Below are positions 10,280 to 19,596 of a stretch of DNA of 64,000 bases, piece by piece. The DNA is from Acidimicrobiia bacterium (lineage in GTDB: Bacteria; Actinomycetota; Acidimicrobiia; IMCC26256; PALSA-610). The notes under the pieces were generated by a model, which was not told where the DNA came from, searched no databases, and saw only the letters and a program-made list of their open reading frames with translations. Numbering within the stretch: the stretch's first letter is position 1; every line of letters begins with the position of its first letter. A program made the translations under genes and the position numbers. The stretch covers positions 11,270 to 75,269 of the forward strand of contig JBBSFB010000015.1 in NCBI GenBank assembly GCA_038239145.1, read 5' to 3'.

Positions 10280-11028
10280 GTGAACATAGCTGCCCGGCTG
10301 GAAGCCATCCGGAGCCGTTCTGATCTCTGGCTGATAGTCGTCGCCTTCGGTGTGGCCGGCATCGCGCTCGGAATGATCGTCGAGATCGCCGACTCCGTTC
10401 GCGAGGCCGACCGCCTCGTACTCGTAGATCACCAGATCATCCGCTTCGCGACGGACCACCGCACGACATGGCTCACCGTCGTCGCCAAGGTCGCCACCCA
10501 GGTAGGGATGGATTCGTCGTCGCGCCCGTCGTGCTCGTGACTGTCGCCGCGCTCGTGCGCAAGGGACAGCGCCGGATCGCGCTGGTCGTAGCTCTCAGCA
10601 GTATCGGTACGGTCGTTCTGGTCAGCGTAACCAAGCGCTTCGTCGCGAGGGCGCGCCCGCCCGTCGCCGACCATCTCGTCAGCGCGCATGGCCTCGCATT
10701 CCCGTCCGGCCACTCCGCCCAGTCGGTTGCGTGCTACGGCGCACTTGCCTGGGTCGTCTGGGTGCTCGGTCAGAAGCGTCGAACTCGTATGTACGCCGTC
10801 GCGGGCGCCGCCGCCACCGCGTTGCTCGTCGGGCTGTCGCGCGTGTATCTCGGCGTGCACTGGCCGAGCGATGTCGTGAGCGGATGGCTGCTCGCCACCG
10901 GATGGCTCTCGGCACTCGTCGGCGCCTCGCACATCCGTCGCCGAGAACCCCGAAGCGTCGCCCGAGCCGACCAAATGAGCCCCGTCGGCCCGGTCCACTC
11001 TGCCCGACATATCCCCGAGGAGAGGTAA
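10280..11028 (+). pseudogene. PAP2-family phosphatase interrupted by a frameshift near 10503-10510
   Basis: The N-terminal TM part is in one frame (10280-10540). The catalytic part is in another frame (KRFVARARP, PSGH, SRVYLGVHWPSD; 10468-11028). The frames join logically at ...ATQVG / FVVAPVV... Confidence 0.7.
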
Positions 11029-11034
11029 CCCCGC

Positions 11035-11673
11035 ATGTCAGCCCTGATGACCGCTGTCAACTGGTTGAGTCCCCGTGATCTCATCGAGACATTCGGAACG
11101 ATCGGCCTCATTCTGGTGGTCTTCATCGAATCCGGCCTCGTTCCCGCTCCACTCCCCGGCGACTCGATCCTGTTCCTCGCGGGCGCCTTCTCCGCGACGA
11201 GCGCTCACTCGAGCGATCCCCACCTCAACCTGGCGGCAGTCGTCCTGGGCTCGTTCATCGCGGCCGTCGCGGGCGCACAGATCGGCTATGCCCTCGGGAG
11301 GCAATACGGCACGCGTCTGTTCACCGAAGACGCACGCGTATTCAAACTCTCCTACCTGGAACGTGCGCAGGAGTTCTTCGACCGGCGCGGGCCACGGGCG
11401 GTGCTGCTCGCGCGGTTCATTCCGTTCGTACGCACCGTCGTGCCGATGCTCGCTGGCGCGGGCCGGATGCCGACGCGGAAGTACGCGATCGCCAACGTAG
11501 CCGGCGCGGCGATATGGGCAGTGGGGATCAGCATGCTCGGCTTCTGGCTCGGCAGGTCGATCAACATCGACCGATACATCTATCCAATCGTCGGAGTGAT
11601 CGTCCTCCTTTCGCTGGTGCCGCCGTTCCTCGAATACCGCAGCCACAAGCGCTCGCGTACATCCGAGCGATGA
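11035..11673 (+). CDS. DedA/VTT-domain membrane protein
   Basis: 212 aa. Typical DedA motifs (ESGLVPAPLPGDSILFLAG ... ARFIPFVRTVVPMLAG). Confidence 0.9.
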   Translation: MSALMTAVNWLSPRDLIETFGTIGLILVVFIESGLVPAPLPGDSILFLAGAFSATSAHSSDPHLNLAAVVLGSFIAAVAGAQIGYALGRQYGTRLFTEDARVFKLSYLERAQEFFDRRGPRAVLLARFIPFVRTVVPMLAGAGRMPTRKYAIANVAGAAIWAVGISMLGFWLGRSINIDRYIYPIVGVIVLLSLVPPFLEYRSHKRSRTSER

Positions 11674-11749
11674 TCGAGGCGCGGCCGGGGCGGGTTTGCC
11701 TACCGCTGATCTCGCGCTCAGGAGTTCCTCAGAGGACCATCGCACGGTG

Positions 11750-12037
11750 ATGTCGTCCGAATCCGAGTTCAATCGACCCACGGTTCGCATGACAGACCCT
11801 TCGCGCCGACCCGATGGATTCGCAACCTGCAGCGGACTCGCCGCGCTGGCATGCGGACCGATGCTGCTCGCGCGCGGCGCGCCTGCAGGATGGTCCTTTC
11901 TGCTCATCACCTGCGGGCTGAGACTTGTGTCGACCCAGTGGGTGATCGCGACCGACCTGCGATTCTCGATCACGCGTCGAACGCAGGTCGTGGTAGCACT
12001 GGCGGGAATCGCATCCGTCGCCATCGCGGTGGTGTAA
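11750..12037 (+). CDS. Small hypothetical membrane protein
   Basis: ATG at 11750 with two hydrophobic segments. No recognisable family. Its 3' end overlaps a degenerate tRNA-Val-like stretch. Confidence 0.3.
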   Translation: MSSESEFNRPTVRMTDPSRRPDGFATCSGLAALACGPMLLARGAPAGWSFLLITCGLRLVSTQWVIATDLRFSITRRTQVVVALAGIASVAIAVV

Positions 12038-13028
12038 CTCACCCGCGCAGCCAACGACCTGCCGTCGCTGTTCCCCGGCCACGACGGAGACTCGGAACAC
12101 TTCCGAATAGTCCCGGGCATCGTCACACTGTCCGTCGGACTCGTGTTGTGCATCCGAAGCATCGCCTCGGCCGATCCCACCCGGACGCCCGCCCTACAAG
12201 GAGCAGAGCGCGTGTCGCCATGGCAACCTCGACTCTGGTTACGTGAGGGCCGCCTTGACGTGTCCGCAGACCGCGAACCAGGCGTAGTTCAAAACGCCGA
12301 CTTACGACCGGGCGATGGGCATCGCGCTTGACCATCGACCAGCAAGACGGCATCGCAGCTACCCCGAAAAGGCAGGGAGCGTTCGACGGCTCGATCGCCA
12401 ACGAACGCATCACCCACCCGCGCCGGCCGCACCGACCAACGCGACGATGATCTGCCGCACGATGCCGCTGCAAAATGGCCTCACGGGCGCCGAGCGACCA
12501 CCACCCAACTCGACTCCAATCAACACCCGACCCGACGCCGATCCTCCGACGACCGCCGCAACCTCACCGCCCTGGCTCTCCCCTCTGAAATTCCAGGCAC
12601 GCACTTGCACTCATTCGAGTGGCCGTCGTGCTGACGCGCCTGCACAGTCCTTTGCTGAGGTTGCCGCGCCGTGCTTCGACAACGACGAGCGCGTGATCCG
12701 ATGAGTGAAGGGCCGCCGGTTGCTCGACTCCGACGGCGACCGGCAATCACCGTCGCGGGTGGAACACCGTACGTTGACCGGATCCGCCACGCGGCGACTA
12801 CTCGGCGCTGTCCGGAGCGCGTCTCGTCGATTCCGGGAGACTGCGAACACGCAGGCATAGGCACCCGTGTACCGAGTCCTTCTTCGAGTTCCCTGCTTGT
12901 CACGGCGCATGCTCGGCAAGTCTTCGAGCTCGCCGACGCCGGCGACCGCGGATGCGCTGGCGGAGACGCGCTGACCTCGCCGTCGGCCTTCCGGACTGGA
13001 ACGAACGGTGGGCAGTCCATCTCGGGTT

Positions 13029-13049
13029 CGATTTCGGAGCCGATTTCGG
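13029..13049 (+). repeat. Tandem CGATTTCGG x2 (12-nt period)
   Basis: Read directly: cgatttcgg agc cgatttcgg. It lies immediately upstream of the first 22-bp repeat copy. Confidence 0.85.
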
Positions 13050-13053
13050 GGTG

Positions 13054-13075
13054 GCGTGCAGACCTTTGGTGCAGA
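13054..13075 (+). repeat. 22-bp direct repeat copy 1 (GCGTGCAGACCTTTGGTGCAGA)
   Basis: Identical 22-mer at 13383-13404. It contains two TGCAGA(C) half-sites 13 nt apart. Confidence 0.9.
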
Positions 13076-13382
13076 CCTCCGTCAAGGGGTCGCGTGCTAC
13101 TTGCCGCCCGTTCCCCGACGTCGACAAAACGGATTGGCAGCCGGTCAGCGACCACGGCGACCATGACGTCGAAGCCTCGAGGGTGTTGCATCCGGTTGCC
13201 CCCGCGCTGAGAGGCGCGTACCGAGCGGACCCAGCGACCCTCGATTTCTGCCGTCGCACAGACATCCGGCGCAGACGTTGACGAAGTCCGCTTTCCGGCC
13301 AGCGTCCGCGGGTCGGAACCGATTGCCACGGCCTGGACTGAGCGGATCGTTTGACGCCGAATGTGTCGGTTGCACAGACGCT

Positions 13383-13411
13383 GCGTGCAGACCTTTGGTG
13401 CAGATATCTGC
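13383..13411 (+). repeat. 22-bp direct repeat copy 2, running into the perfect 12-bp palindrome GCAGATATCTGC (13400-13411)
   Basis: Read directly. A further TGCACAGAC motif lies at 13370-13378. Confidence 0.9.
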
Positions 13412-13567
13412 TTAGCCGGGTGGCGCATTCTCGGCTCCCGGTTCGCGTGATGGAGATCCGCTGATGCCTGCAACAGATTCCTTTCGATGTCGATCGGCGT
13501 CGAGCCGTGCCCGACCGTCAACCGGCACGTCGAACATCAACCGGGCGCGCCGCAAGACCGCCGCGCA

Positions 13568-13603
13568 GGTGTTGACGCGGGTGTTGACTCGCTTGTTGTC
13601 GAC
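13568..13603 (+). promoter_or_regulatory. Tandem GGTGTTGAC boxes (x2, plus one degenerate copy) 30-60 nt upstream of the relaxase ATG
   Basis: ggtgttgac at 13568-13576 and 13580-13588, and cttgttgtcgac at 13592-13603. TTGAC resembles a -35 hexamer. Confidence 0.45.
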
Positions 13604-13630
13604 GCGTTGTGCCGTGTCGGCGGAGCGTTG

Positions 13631-16135
13631 ATGTTGGGGATCGGAGCGTTGGGGGCTTCGAGCGCCGCGTACTACCTGGACACCGTCGCGTCCGGCCGTG
13701 AGGACTACTACCTGGGTGCGGGAGAAGCTCCCGGCGTCTGGCTCGGCGCAGACGCCGCGACGCTCGGTCTCGACGGCACCGTCGAACCGGCCGCCTTGCA
13801 TGCGGTGCTCGAGGGTATCGACCCCAGGGACGGCGCCCGGTTGGACCGGGCCCGGGCGAACCGGGCCCCGGGCTTCGATCTCACGTTCTCGGCCCCCAAG
13901 TCGGTGTCGATCATGCATGCCCTCACCAACCGCAATATCGGTGCCCAGGTGCGCGACGCGCACGATCACGCCGTCACTGCCGCGCTCGGATGGCTGGAAC
14001 AGAACGCGTGTGTCGTCCGTCGCGGCGCCGGCGGGATCCACACCGCGGCCGGTGACGGGTTCGTCGCGGCGGGTTTCCGGCATCGGACCAGCCGTGCCGG
14101 TGACCCCCACCTGCACACCCATGTGTTGGTCGCGAACCTGACCCGCGGACCAGACGCTCATTGGAGCGCCTTCGACGCTCGACACCTGTACGCGTTGGCG
14201 AAGACCGCCGGCTACCTCTACGAGGCGCACCTCCGCCACGACCTCACCGCCGCACTCGGTTTGGAGTGGGGTGAGGTTCGCAATGGGATCGCGGACCTAG
14301 CCGGTGTCCCCCGTCCCCTGATCGATGACCTGTCGCAGCGACGGCATCAGATCCTTGAACGGCTCGACGAGCTCGGCTGGCACTCCGCCCGCGCCGCGCA
14401 AGTCGCCACCCTCGACACCCGCACGAGCAAAGACCCCAACCTCGACGTCAATGCACTCACCGTCGATTGGCGAGACATCGCCGCCGCCCACGGCATCACC
14501 AGCCAGACCCTGACCACGTTGACCGGCCGAGCCACGGCTCCCCCGCTGCTGTCGAGACGTGTGCGGGAGATCGATGAGCAGTTGGCTGGACCAGACGGAT
14601 TGACCGCGCATGCGTCAACGTTCGATCGCCGCCACGTCCTCCAAGCCTGGTGCAACCAGCTGACCGCGGGCGCGCCGATCAGCGAAGTCGAACAGCTCGC
14701 GGATCGGACGCTCGCCGATCCGGCGATCGTGCAACTGCGCGGTCGGGAGGCCTCGGTCACGATGAAACGCGCCGATCGCCGCCGCATGGAAGCCCCCAAC
14801 CTCGGCGCCCGCTACTCCACCGCCGACCTGCTCGCCCTCGAACAACGACTCCTCACCGACTCCGTCAAGCGCGCGACCGAAAGCGTCGGCGCAGTTGACC
14901 ACTCGGACCTCGTCGAAGCCATCCGCCGCCACCCCCACCTCAGCCACGAACAACGACGGATGGTCCGCACCCTCACCACCTCCGGACGCGGAGTCGACGT
15001 CGTCATCGCACCCGCGGGCGCAGGCAAGACCACCGCCCTCGCCGCCGCCCGCGACGCCTGGCACACCGCCGGATACCGCGTCATCGGCTGCGCCGTCTCG
15101 GCCCGCGCCGCACACCAACTCCAAACCGGCGCCGGAATCCGCTCCTACACCATCGCGACACTCCGCCAAGAGCTCGCCCAAGGACAAACCATCCCCCCGG
15201 GCACTGTCCTCGTCGTTGACGAAGCCGGCATGGCCGGCACCCGCACCCTCGCCCCACTCCTCGCCGCCGCCAACGCCGCCCGGATCAAGACTGTCCTCGT
15301 CGGCGACCCCAAACAACTCCCCGAAATCGACGCCGGCGGCATGCTCCGCGCCCTCGACCAACACATCGGCGGCATCGACCTCAAAGAAAACCGACGCCAA
15401 CACGAAGCCTGGGAACGCGAAGCCCTCACCCACCTCCGCGAAGGCCGCGCCCACCAAGCACTCCCCCTCTACGACCTCCACCAGCGCATCACCTCCGAAC
15501 CCACCGCCAACGCAGCCCGCGACCACCTCGTCCACGACTACCTCGCCGCCTACCAGTCCGGTGACCGCGTCCTCATGGTCGCGATGCGCTGGCGCGACAT
15601 CCACGAACTCAACCACCGCGCCCGCGTCCTACTCCTCGCCGAGGGGCAGATCGACGGCCCCGTCCTCGAGATCGGCGGCCGCGACTTCCAACCCGGCGAC
15701 CGCATCATGACCCTGCGCAACCAACGCCGGCTCGGGATCACGAACGGCACCACCGGCACCATCGAATCCGTCGACCCCAAGGCCCGAACGCTCAGCATGC
15801 GTACCGACGAAGGAACCGCCGTCGCGCTGCCCGCCAGCTACCTGCACGCCGACACCATCGTCCACGCCTACGCCACCACCATCCACAAAGCCCAAGGCAC
15901 CACCGTCGACCGCGCCTTCATCTACGCCGACGACCAACTCGCCCGCGAAACCGCCTACACCGCCATGTCACGAGGCGCGACCGAGAACCGGATCTACCTC
16001 GCCCACTCCCTCGCCAAAGAACCCGACCACGGCCACCACCAAACCCACGACGCCCGCCGAGAACTCACCCGCAACCTCCAACGCAGCCAAGCCCAACACC
16101 TCGCCGTCGAACACGACCACGGCATCGAGCTCTGA
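13631..16135 (+). CDS. MobF-family (TrwC/TraA-like) relaxase-helicase
   Basis: N-terminal MLGIGALGASSAAYYLD (Tyr pair), 3-His motif DPHLHTHVLVAN, helicase Walker A APAGAGKTT, and a C-terminal UvrD-like motif (TIHKAQGTTVD). The start is taken at ATG 13631 rather than the track start 13487. Confidence 0.9.
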   Translation: MLGIGALGASSAAYYLDTVASGREDYYLGAGEAPGVWLGADAATLGLDGTVEPAALHAVLEGIDPRDGARLDRARANRAPGFDLTFSAPKSVSIMHALTNRNIGAQVRDAHDHAVTAALGWLEQNACVVRRGAGGIHTAAGDGFVAAGFRHRTSRAGDPHLHTHVLVANLTRGPDAHWSAFDARHLYALAKTAGYLYEAHLRHDLTAALGLEWGEVRNGIADLAGVPRPLIDDLSQRRHQILERLDELGWHSARAAQVATLDTRTSKDPNLDVNALTVDWRDIAAAHGITSQTLTTLTGRATAPPLLSRRVREIDEQLAGPDGLTAHASTFDRRHVLQAWCNQLTAGAPISEVEQLADRTLADPAIVQLRGREASVTMKRADRRRMEAPNLGARYSTADLLALEQRLLTDSVKRATESVGAVDHSDLVEAIRRHPHLSHEQRRMVRTLTTSGRGVDVVIAPAGAGKTTALAAARDAWHTAGYRVIGCAVSARAAHQLQTGAGIRSYTIATLRQELAQGQTIPPGTVLVVDEAGMAGTRTLAPLLAAANAARIKTVLVGDPKQLPEIDAGGMLRALDQHIGGIDLKENRRQHEAWEREALTHLREGRAHQALPLYDLHQRITSEPTANAARDHLVHDYLAAYQSGDRVLMVAMRWRDIHELNHRARVLLLAEGQIDGPVLEIGGRDFQPGDRIMTLRNQRRLGITNGTTGTIESVDPKARTLSMRTDEGTAVALPASYLHADTIVHAYATTIHKAQGTTVDRAFIYADDQLARETAYTAMSRGATENRIYLAHSLAKEPDHGHHQTHDARRELTRNLQRSQAQHLAVEHDHGIEL

Positions 16136-16202
16136 TGGAACGTCGACCGACCGGGACATCGAACATGACGCGTTCCGCGAACGCGACGCGCCCTTCCCAT
16201 AG

Positions 16203-16487
16203 GTGGAAGACATGAGACCGACAAGCCTGGAGGCGCTGGACAACGATCCGGGCCTGATCCCCTACCGACCCGATCGTCTGGCCATCTCGGTCAGTGAAGC
16301 CGCGTCCGTGCTCGGATGCTCGGTCAGCACCGTGTACCGAATGATCCGCTCCGCCCAGCTCCGTTCCGCGCGCGGTACGGCCAAGGGGAGGATCTTTGTC
16401 AACCTGCAGTCGGTGCGTGATTTCGTCGACGGCGAGGCGGGGGACGCGGCCGCACTCGCTTCGAAACGCAAACGACAGCTTGGTTAG
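16203..16487 (+). CDS. Excisionase-family helix-turn-helix DNA-binding protein
   Basis: 94 aa. LAISVSEAASVLGCSVSTVYRMIRSAQL is a typical MerR/excisionase HTH. It is convergent with the integrase gene and overlaps it by 4 nt. Confidence 0.7.
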   Translation: MEDMRPTSLEALDNDPGLIPYRPDRLAISVSEAASVLGCSVSTVYRMIRSAQLRSARGTAKGRIFVNLQSVRDFVDGEAGDAAALASKRKRQLG

Positions 16488-17659
16488 ACACCTGAGATCA
16501 CCGCGCCGATTACGTCGGCCGCCTCACGCTGCGTCGCCGACACGGAGTGCGTATAGAACGCGAGCGTCACCACGGGCGTCGAATGACCGAGCCGGTCCGC
16601 CACTGTCTTGGGGTCGACGCCGGCCGCGATCATCTGCGTGCCGCAGAGATGTCGAAGATCGTGAAAACGGCATCGGACGCCCGCACGGTCGGCAACCTTC
16701 GCGAATCGAGCACTCACTCCATCCGGCCGCAGCGGGCTCTCGTTGCCAGGCTGCAGCGAGAAGAGATAAGCCGTGCCCCGAAGCTGCACCCCGAGCGTCA
16801 CGGCCACTTTCTCTGCGTCACGGCAATGTTGCTCGAGCATCCGGCACGTCGCGGCGTCGAGCGGAACAACGCGAGTCGTCTTTGTTTTGGTCCGCGTGAC
16901 GGCGATTTTGCCGTGGTTGATCACCACCTGGCGCTTGACTGCCAACGAACCTGCGGTCGCGTCGAAGTCGTCGAAACGCAGGCCACACAACTCGCCGCGG
17001 CGCAACCCCGTTACGGCCGCGAGTCGGACGAGCGTCGCGAAGGACGGCTGATGGTCATCCGCGGCGCGAACGATCTTGACGTACTCGCTGATAGACGGCG
17101 GCGAGATCTCCGGCTTCACGTCGCGCGGAGGCGATGCGAGCACCGCGACGTTGCGCGACACCACCTCCCACCGCATCCCCTGCGCGAGCACAGCGCTCAA
17201 GAGCTTGTGGACCTTTCTCGTCGAACTCGGAGAGAGCCGCGAGCGGGCAATGCGGTACGTCTCGTCGAGATGCCATGCCGAAAGATCGACGACCGGAATC
17301 GCGTCCAGTTGTGCCTTGCAGTGCACGTTCCACAATTCCTCGTACAACTCCACGGTCCGCGGAGCGAGATCAACCTTGCTGGCCATGAAGCGCTCGAACA
17401 ACTCCCCCATCGTCAGCTCGTCGACGGCCTGCACGCGCGGCTTCTTCACCGACTTGCCATCAGCACCGGAAGTCAGACGGGCGTGCACACGACGCGCGTC
17501 ACGAAGCGTTCCGCGCACCGTCTCGGAACGCTGGCCGTAGCCGCCGTCCTCGCGACGCCCCGTGCTCACTACGACGTCGAAGACGCCGCTGCCACGCTCG
17601 TAGATCCCGCGCTCCACTCGGCGCCTCGCCGTCGCTGCCACAGCGGAACGGTAACGCAA
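16484..17659 (-). CDS. Tyrosine recombinase / phage-type integrase
   Basis: C-terminal catalytic region FHDLRHLCGTQMIAAGVDPKTVADRLGHSTPVVTLAFYTH (H-x-x-R ... Y). The track start is a TTG at 17659; an internal GTG (VERGIYERG) is also possible. Confidence 0.9.
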   Translation of the reverse strand: MRYRSAVAATARRRVERGIYERGSGVFDVVVSTGRREDGGYGQRSETVRGTLRDARRVHARLTSGADGKSVKKPRVQAVDELTMGELFERFMASKVDLAPRTVELYEELWNVHCKAQLDAIPVVDLSAWHLDETYRIARSRLSPSSTRKVHKLLSAVLAQGMRWEVVSRNVAVLASPPRDVKPEISPPSISEYVKIVRAADDHQPSFATLVRLAAVTGLRRGELCGLRFDDFDATAGSLAVKRQVVINHGKIAVTRTKTKTTRVVPLDAATCRMLEQHCRDAEKVAVTLGVQLRGTAYLFSLQPGNESPLRPDGVSARFAKVADRAGVRCRFHDLRHLCGTQMIAAGVDPKTVADRLGHSTPVVTLAFYTHSVSATQREAADVIGAVISGV

Positions 17660-17687
17660 TTCTTGGATGGCAGCGATATTCTTGGAT
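17659..17687 (+). repeat. Two direct copies of ATTCTTGGAT (17659-17668, 17678-17687) between the integrase start and tRNA-Val
   Basis: Read directly. They are AT-richer than the surroundings. Candidate arm-type or promoter sites. Confidence 0.8.
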
Positions 17688-17736
17688 AGCTTCTATCGAA
17701 GCGTTGGACCGAAAGAGCCTATGACCAGGACTTTCG

Positions 17737-17812
17737 TGGTGGGCGCTGGCGGGCTCGAACCGCCGACCCCCTGCTTGTAAGGCAGGTGCTCTACCGACTG
17801 AGCTAAACGCCC
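17737..17812 (-). tRNA. tRNA-Val (anticodon TAC), CCA encoded
   Basis: Hand-folded: acceptor GGGCGTT/AGCGCCC, D-arm GCTC-AGTCGGTA-GAGC, anticodon arm CCTGC-CTTACAA-GCAGG, T-arm GGCGG-TTCGAGC-CCGCC, then ACCA. Confidence 0.9.
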
Positions 17813-18262
17813 CGACTGAGTCGGGTGACCCGGCATCAGCCCGGTCTTCCCGCCCCCACACGGTGCTCGGGGACCTCACATAGTGCCAGCTTCCCGAGCG
17901 GTGATGTTCACTCGCCGAGAACCGGCGTCAGGCGCGATCGACGAGGGGGCTCGCGGTCCCGGTTGTCGGCGCGCGTCCGCGCGTGTGGTGCGTCAGTCGC
18001 GGCGTGGCCACCGATAGTCTCGGCGAATGGTGGTTGTGGTACTCGACGAACACCACCGAGAGCACGGCCAGCACGACGAGGCACAAAGACGCCACCCGCT
18101 GGGCCCGGACGTCCTCTTCTGATGTCGCCCAACGCATTCAAGTTCCGATCCCCGCAGATCCGGACCCGCGACTCTCGTCGCCGAAACCCGGACCTACAAG
18201 GTGAAAAGCCGTAAATCGGGCGGGGCGCGCACGCGCTGTCCGGCGACTGCCGGCTCCCCGGC

Positions 18263-19501
18263 TCAGCCCCGGAGGTAGCGGACGGTCGCCGCTGCGGTGC
18301 GCTCACCGCTGAACATCGCACCCTGAATCGACGCCGTGTCACGGTGATCGCCACACACGAACATTCCCTCGCCCAACGCGACCCGCTGCTTCGGTCCGAA
18401 CGGCGGCTGCTGCAACGGCTGACCGTGCGGGATCACGTCGGTGCGCAGATGCTCCCAGTCGCCGGTCGTGGAGCCGAACCACGCGGCGAGTTGCTCGCGC
18501 GCGCGGGCGGTAACCGTGGGATCGAGCGCGTCGGGTCCGGGGACGGCCGCGCCGACGAGCGACCGGCCCGCGGGCGCGTACCCCGGCGCGACCTCGCTCA
18601 TCACCGCGAGATTCTTCACCGGTCCGCTGCCGTCGCCGTCGAGCACGAGCGTCGGGCCCGGACGCGGCGCCTGCGTCGTCGAGAACCAGCAACATGCCGC
18701 CGCCCGCGATCCGGGATCGGGTACCCGCGCCCCCAATAACTCGTGCGCGACCGGTCCGTCGGTGGCCACGACCACGGCCCGGGCCGCGATCCGTTCGCCG
18801 TCGTCGAGCACCACGCCCGAACCCGAGACCTCGGTGACACGTGCGCCGAAGCGCACGGTTCCGTCGGGAAGCGCCGCGACGAGTTGTGCCGGGATCGCGG
18901 CGATGCCGCGGCCGGGGACGGCCGTCGAGCCGACCGCGAGCATGCGCAGGATCGTGTCGAAGCGGCGGCTCGACACCTCGAGCCGGGGATCGAGCTGGAT
19001 TCCGGCAAACAACGGTTGCCAGAACGACTGGATCATTCGGTCGGAGAACCCGAAACCGGTCAACCGTTCCATCGTGCTCGTGTCCGGTCGACGCAACAGG
19101 TCGCGCACCGAGCCGCGCCGCACGTCGACCACGATCTGCGCGAGCCTCGCCTTGTCGGCGAGCGTGCCGATCGGCGCCGCGATCGTCTCCGGAATCTGCA
19201 AGGGCCGTCGCAACGGGTCGCCGACTCGGTGGAACCCGCCCCGTACCCGCACGACTGCGCCCGGATCGAAGTAGCCGAGATCAAGCGAGTCGAGGTCGAG
19301 CCGCAGTTGCACCTGCGGATAGGCGGTCAACAGGATCTGGAATCCCCGATCGAGCACGAACCCGTCGACCGAGTCGGAACGTACCCGCCCGCCCGCACCG
19401 TCGGACGCTTCCACGACGAGGCAGTCGACGCCGGCACGGGTCAGGTCTTGCGCGCAGACCAGCCCGGCGAGGCCCGCTCCCACGACGACGACATCACGCA
19501 C
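18263..19501 (-). CDS. FAD/NAD(P)-dependent amine-oxidase/desaturase-family oxidoreductase
   Basis: Dinucleotide fold VVVVGAGLAGLVCAQDL...VVEASDGAGGR. The start is taken at the GTG at 19499-19501, directly before the Rossmann motif. The track ORF runs to 19717. Confidence 0.8.
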   Translation of the reverse strand: MRDVVVVGAGLAGLVCAQDLTRAGVDCLVVEASDGAGGRVRSDSVDGFVLDRGFQILLTAYPQVQLRLDLDSLDLGYFDPGAVVRVRGGFHRVGDPLRRPLQIPETIAAPIGTLADKARLAQIVVDVRRGSVRDLLRRPDTSTMERLTGFGFSDRMIQSFWQPLFAGIQLDPRLEVSSRRFDTILRMLAVGSTAVPGRGIAAIPAQLVAALPDGTVRFGARVTEVSGSGVVLDDGERIAARAVVVATDGPVAHELLGARVPDPGSRAAACCWFSTTQAPRPGPTLVLDGDGSGPVKNLAVMSEVAPGYAPAGRSLVGAAVPGPDALDPTVTARAREQLAAWFGSTTGDWEHLRTDVIPHGQPLQQPPFGPKQRVALGEGMFVCGDHRDTASIQGAMFSGERTAAATVRYLRG

Positions 19502-19596
19502 GGAAACCGCTGGAGACGGAGATTGCGCGACGCAGCATGATCGATGGTTCCCGCATCGCCCGAGCCGCAACCCGGAATCGACGAGAACCGCCCCGA

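Larger units (their letters stand above)
12038..17736. mobile_element. Integrative mobilizable element at tRNA-Val (integrase + excisionase-family HTH + MobF relaxase). The left boundary is unresolved.
   Basis: The integrase start lies 78 nt from the 3' end of tRNA-Val. A relaxase but no coupling protein/T4SS/FtsK-type transfer gene is present. About 1.5 kb of ORF-poor repeat-bearing DNA sits at the distal side. The minimum extent is 13054-17736. Confidence 0.6.

Noticed and set aside
12888-12897. A 10-nt match (ccctgcttgt) to the anticodon-stem region of tRNA-Val, considered as a possible attL core.
   Set aside because: It is too short, and the flanking bases do not extend the match. The 11991-12022 stretch is a somewhat better but still weak candidate.
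12520-13521. A 333-aa minus-strand ORF (and overlapping plus-strand ORFs) in the region upstream of the relaxase.
   Set aside because: The composition is low-complexity and Arg/Ser/Pro-rich, with no recognisable domain and no RBS context. I treated the region as non-coding or decayed.
17928-18137. A 69-aa minus-strand ORF with one hydrophobic segment between tRNA-Val and the oxidoreductase gene.
   Set aside because: There is no RBS or family signal. It lies where the tRNA promoter is expected. Evidence is insufficient.
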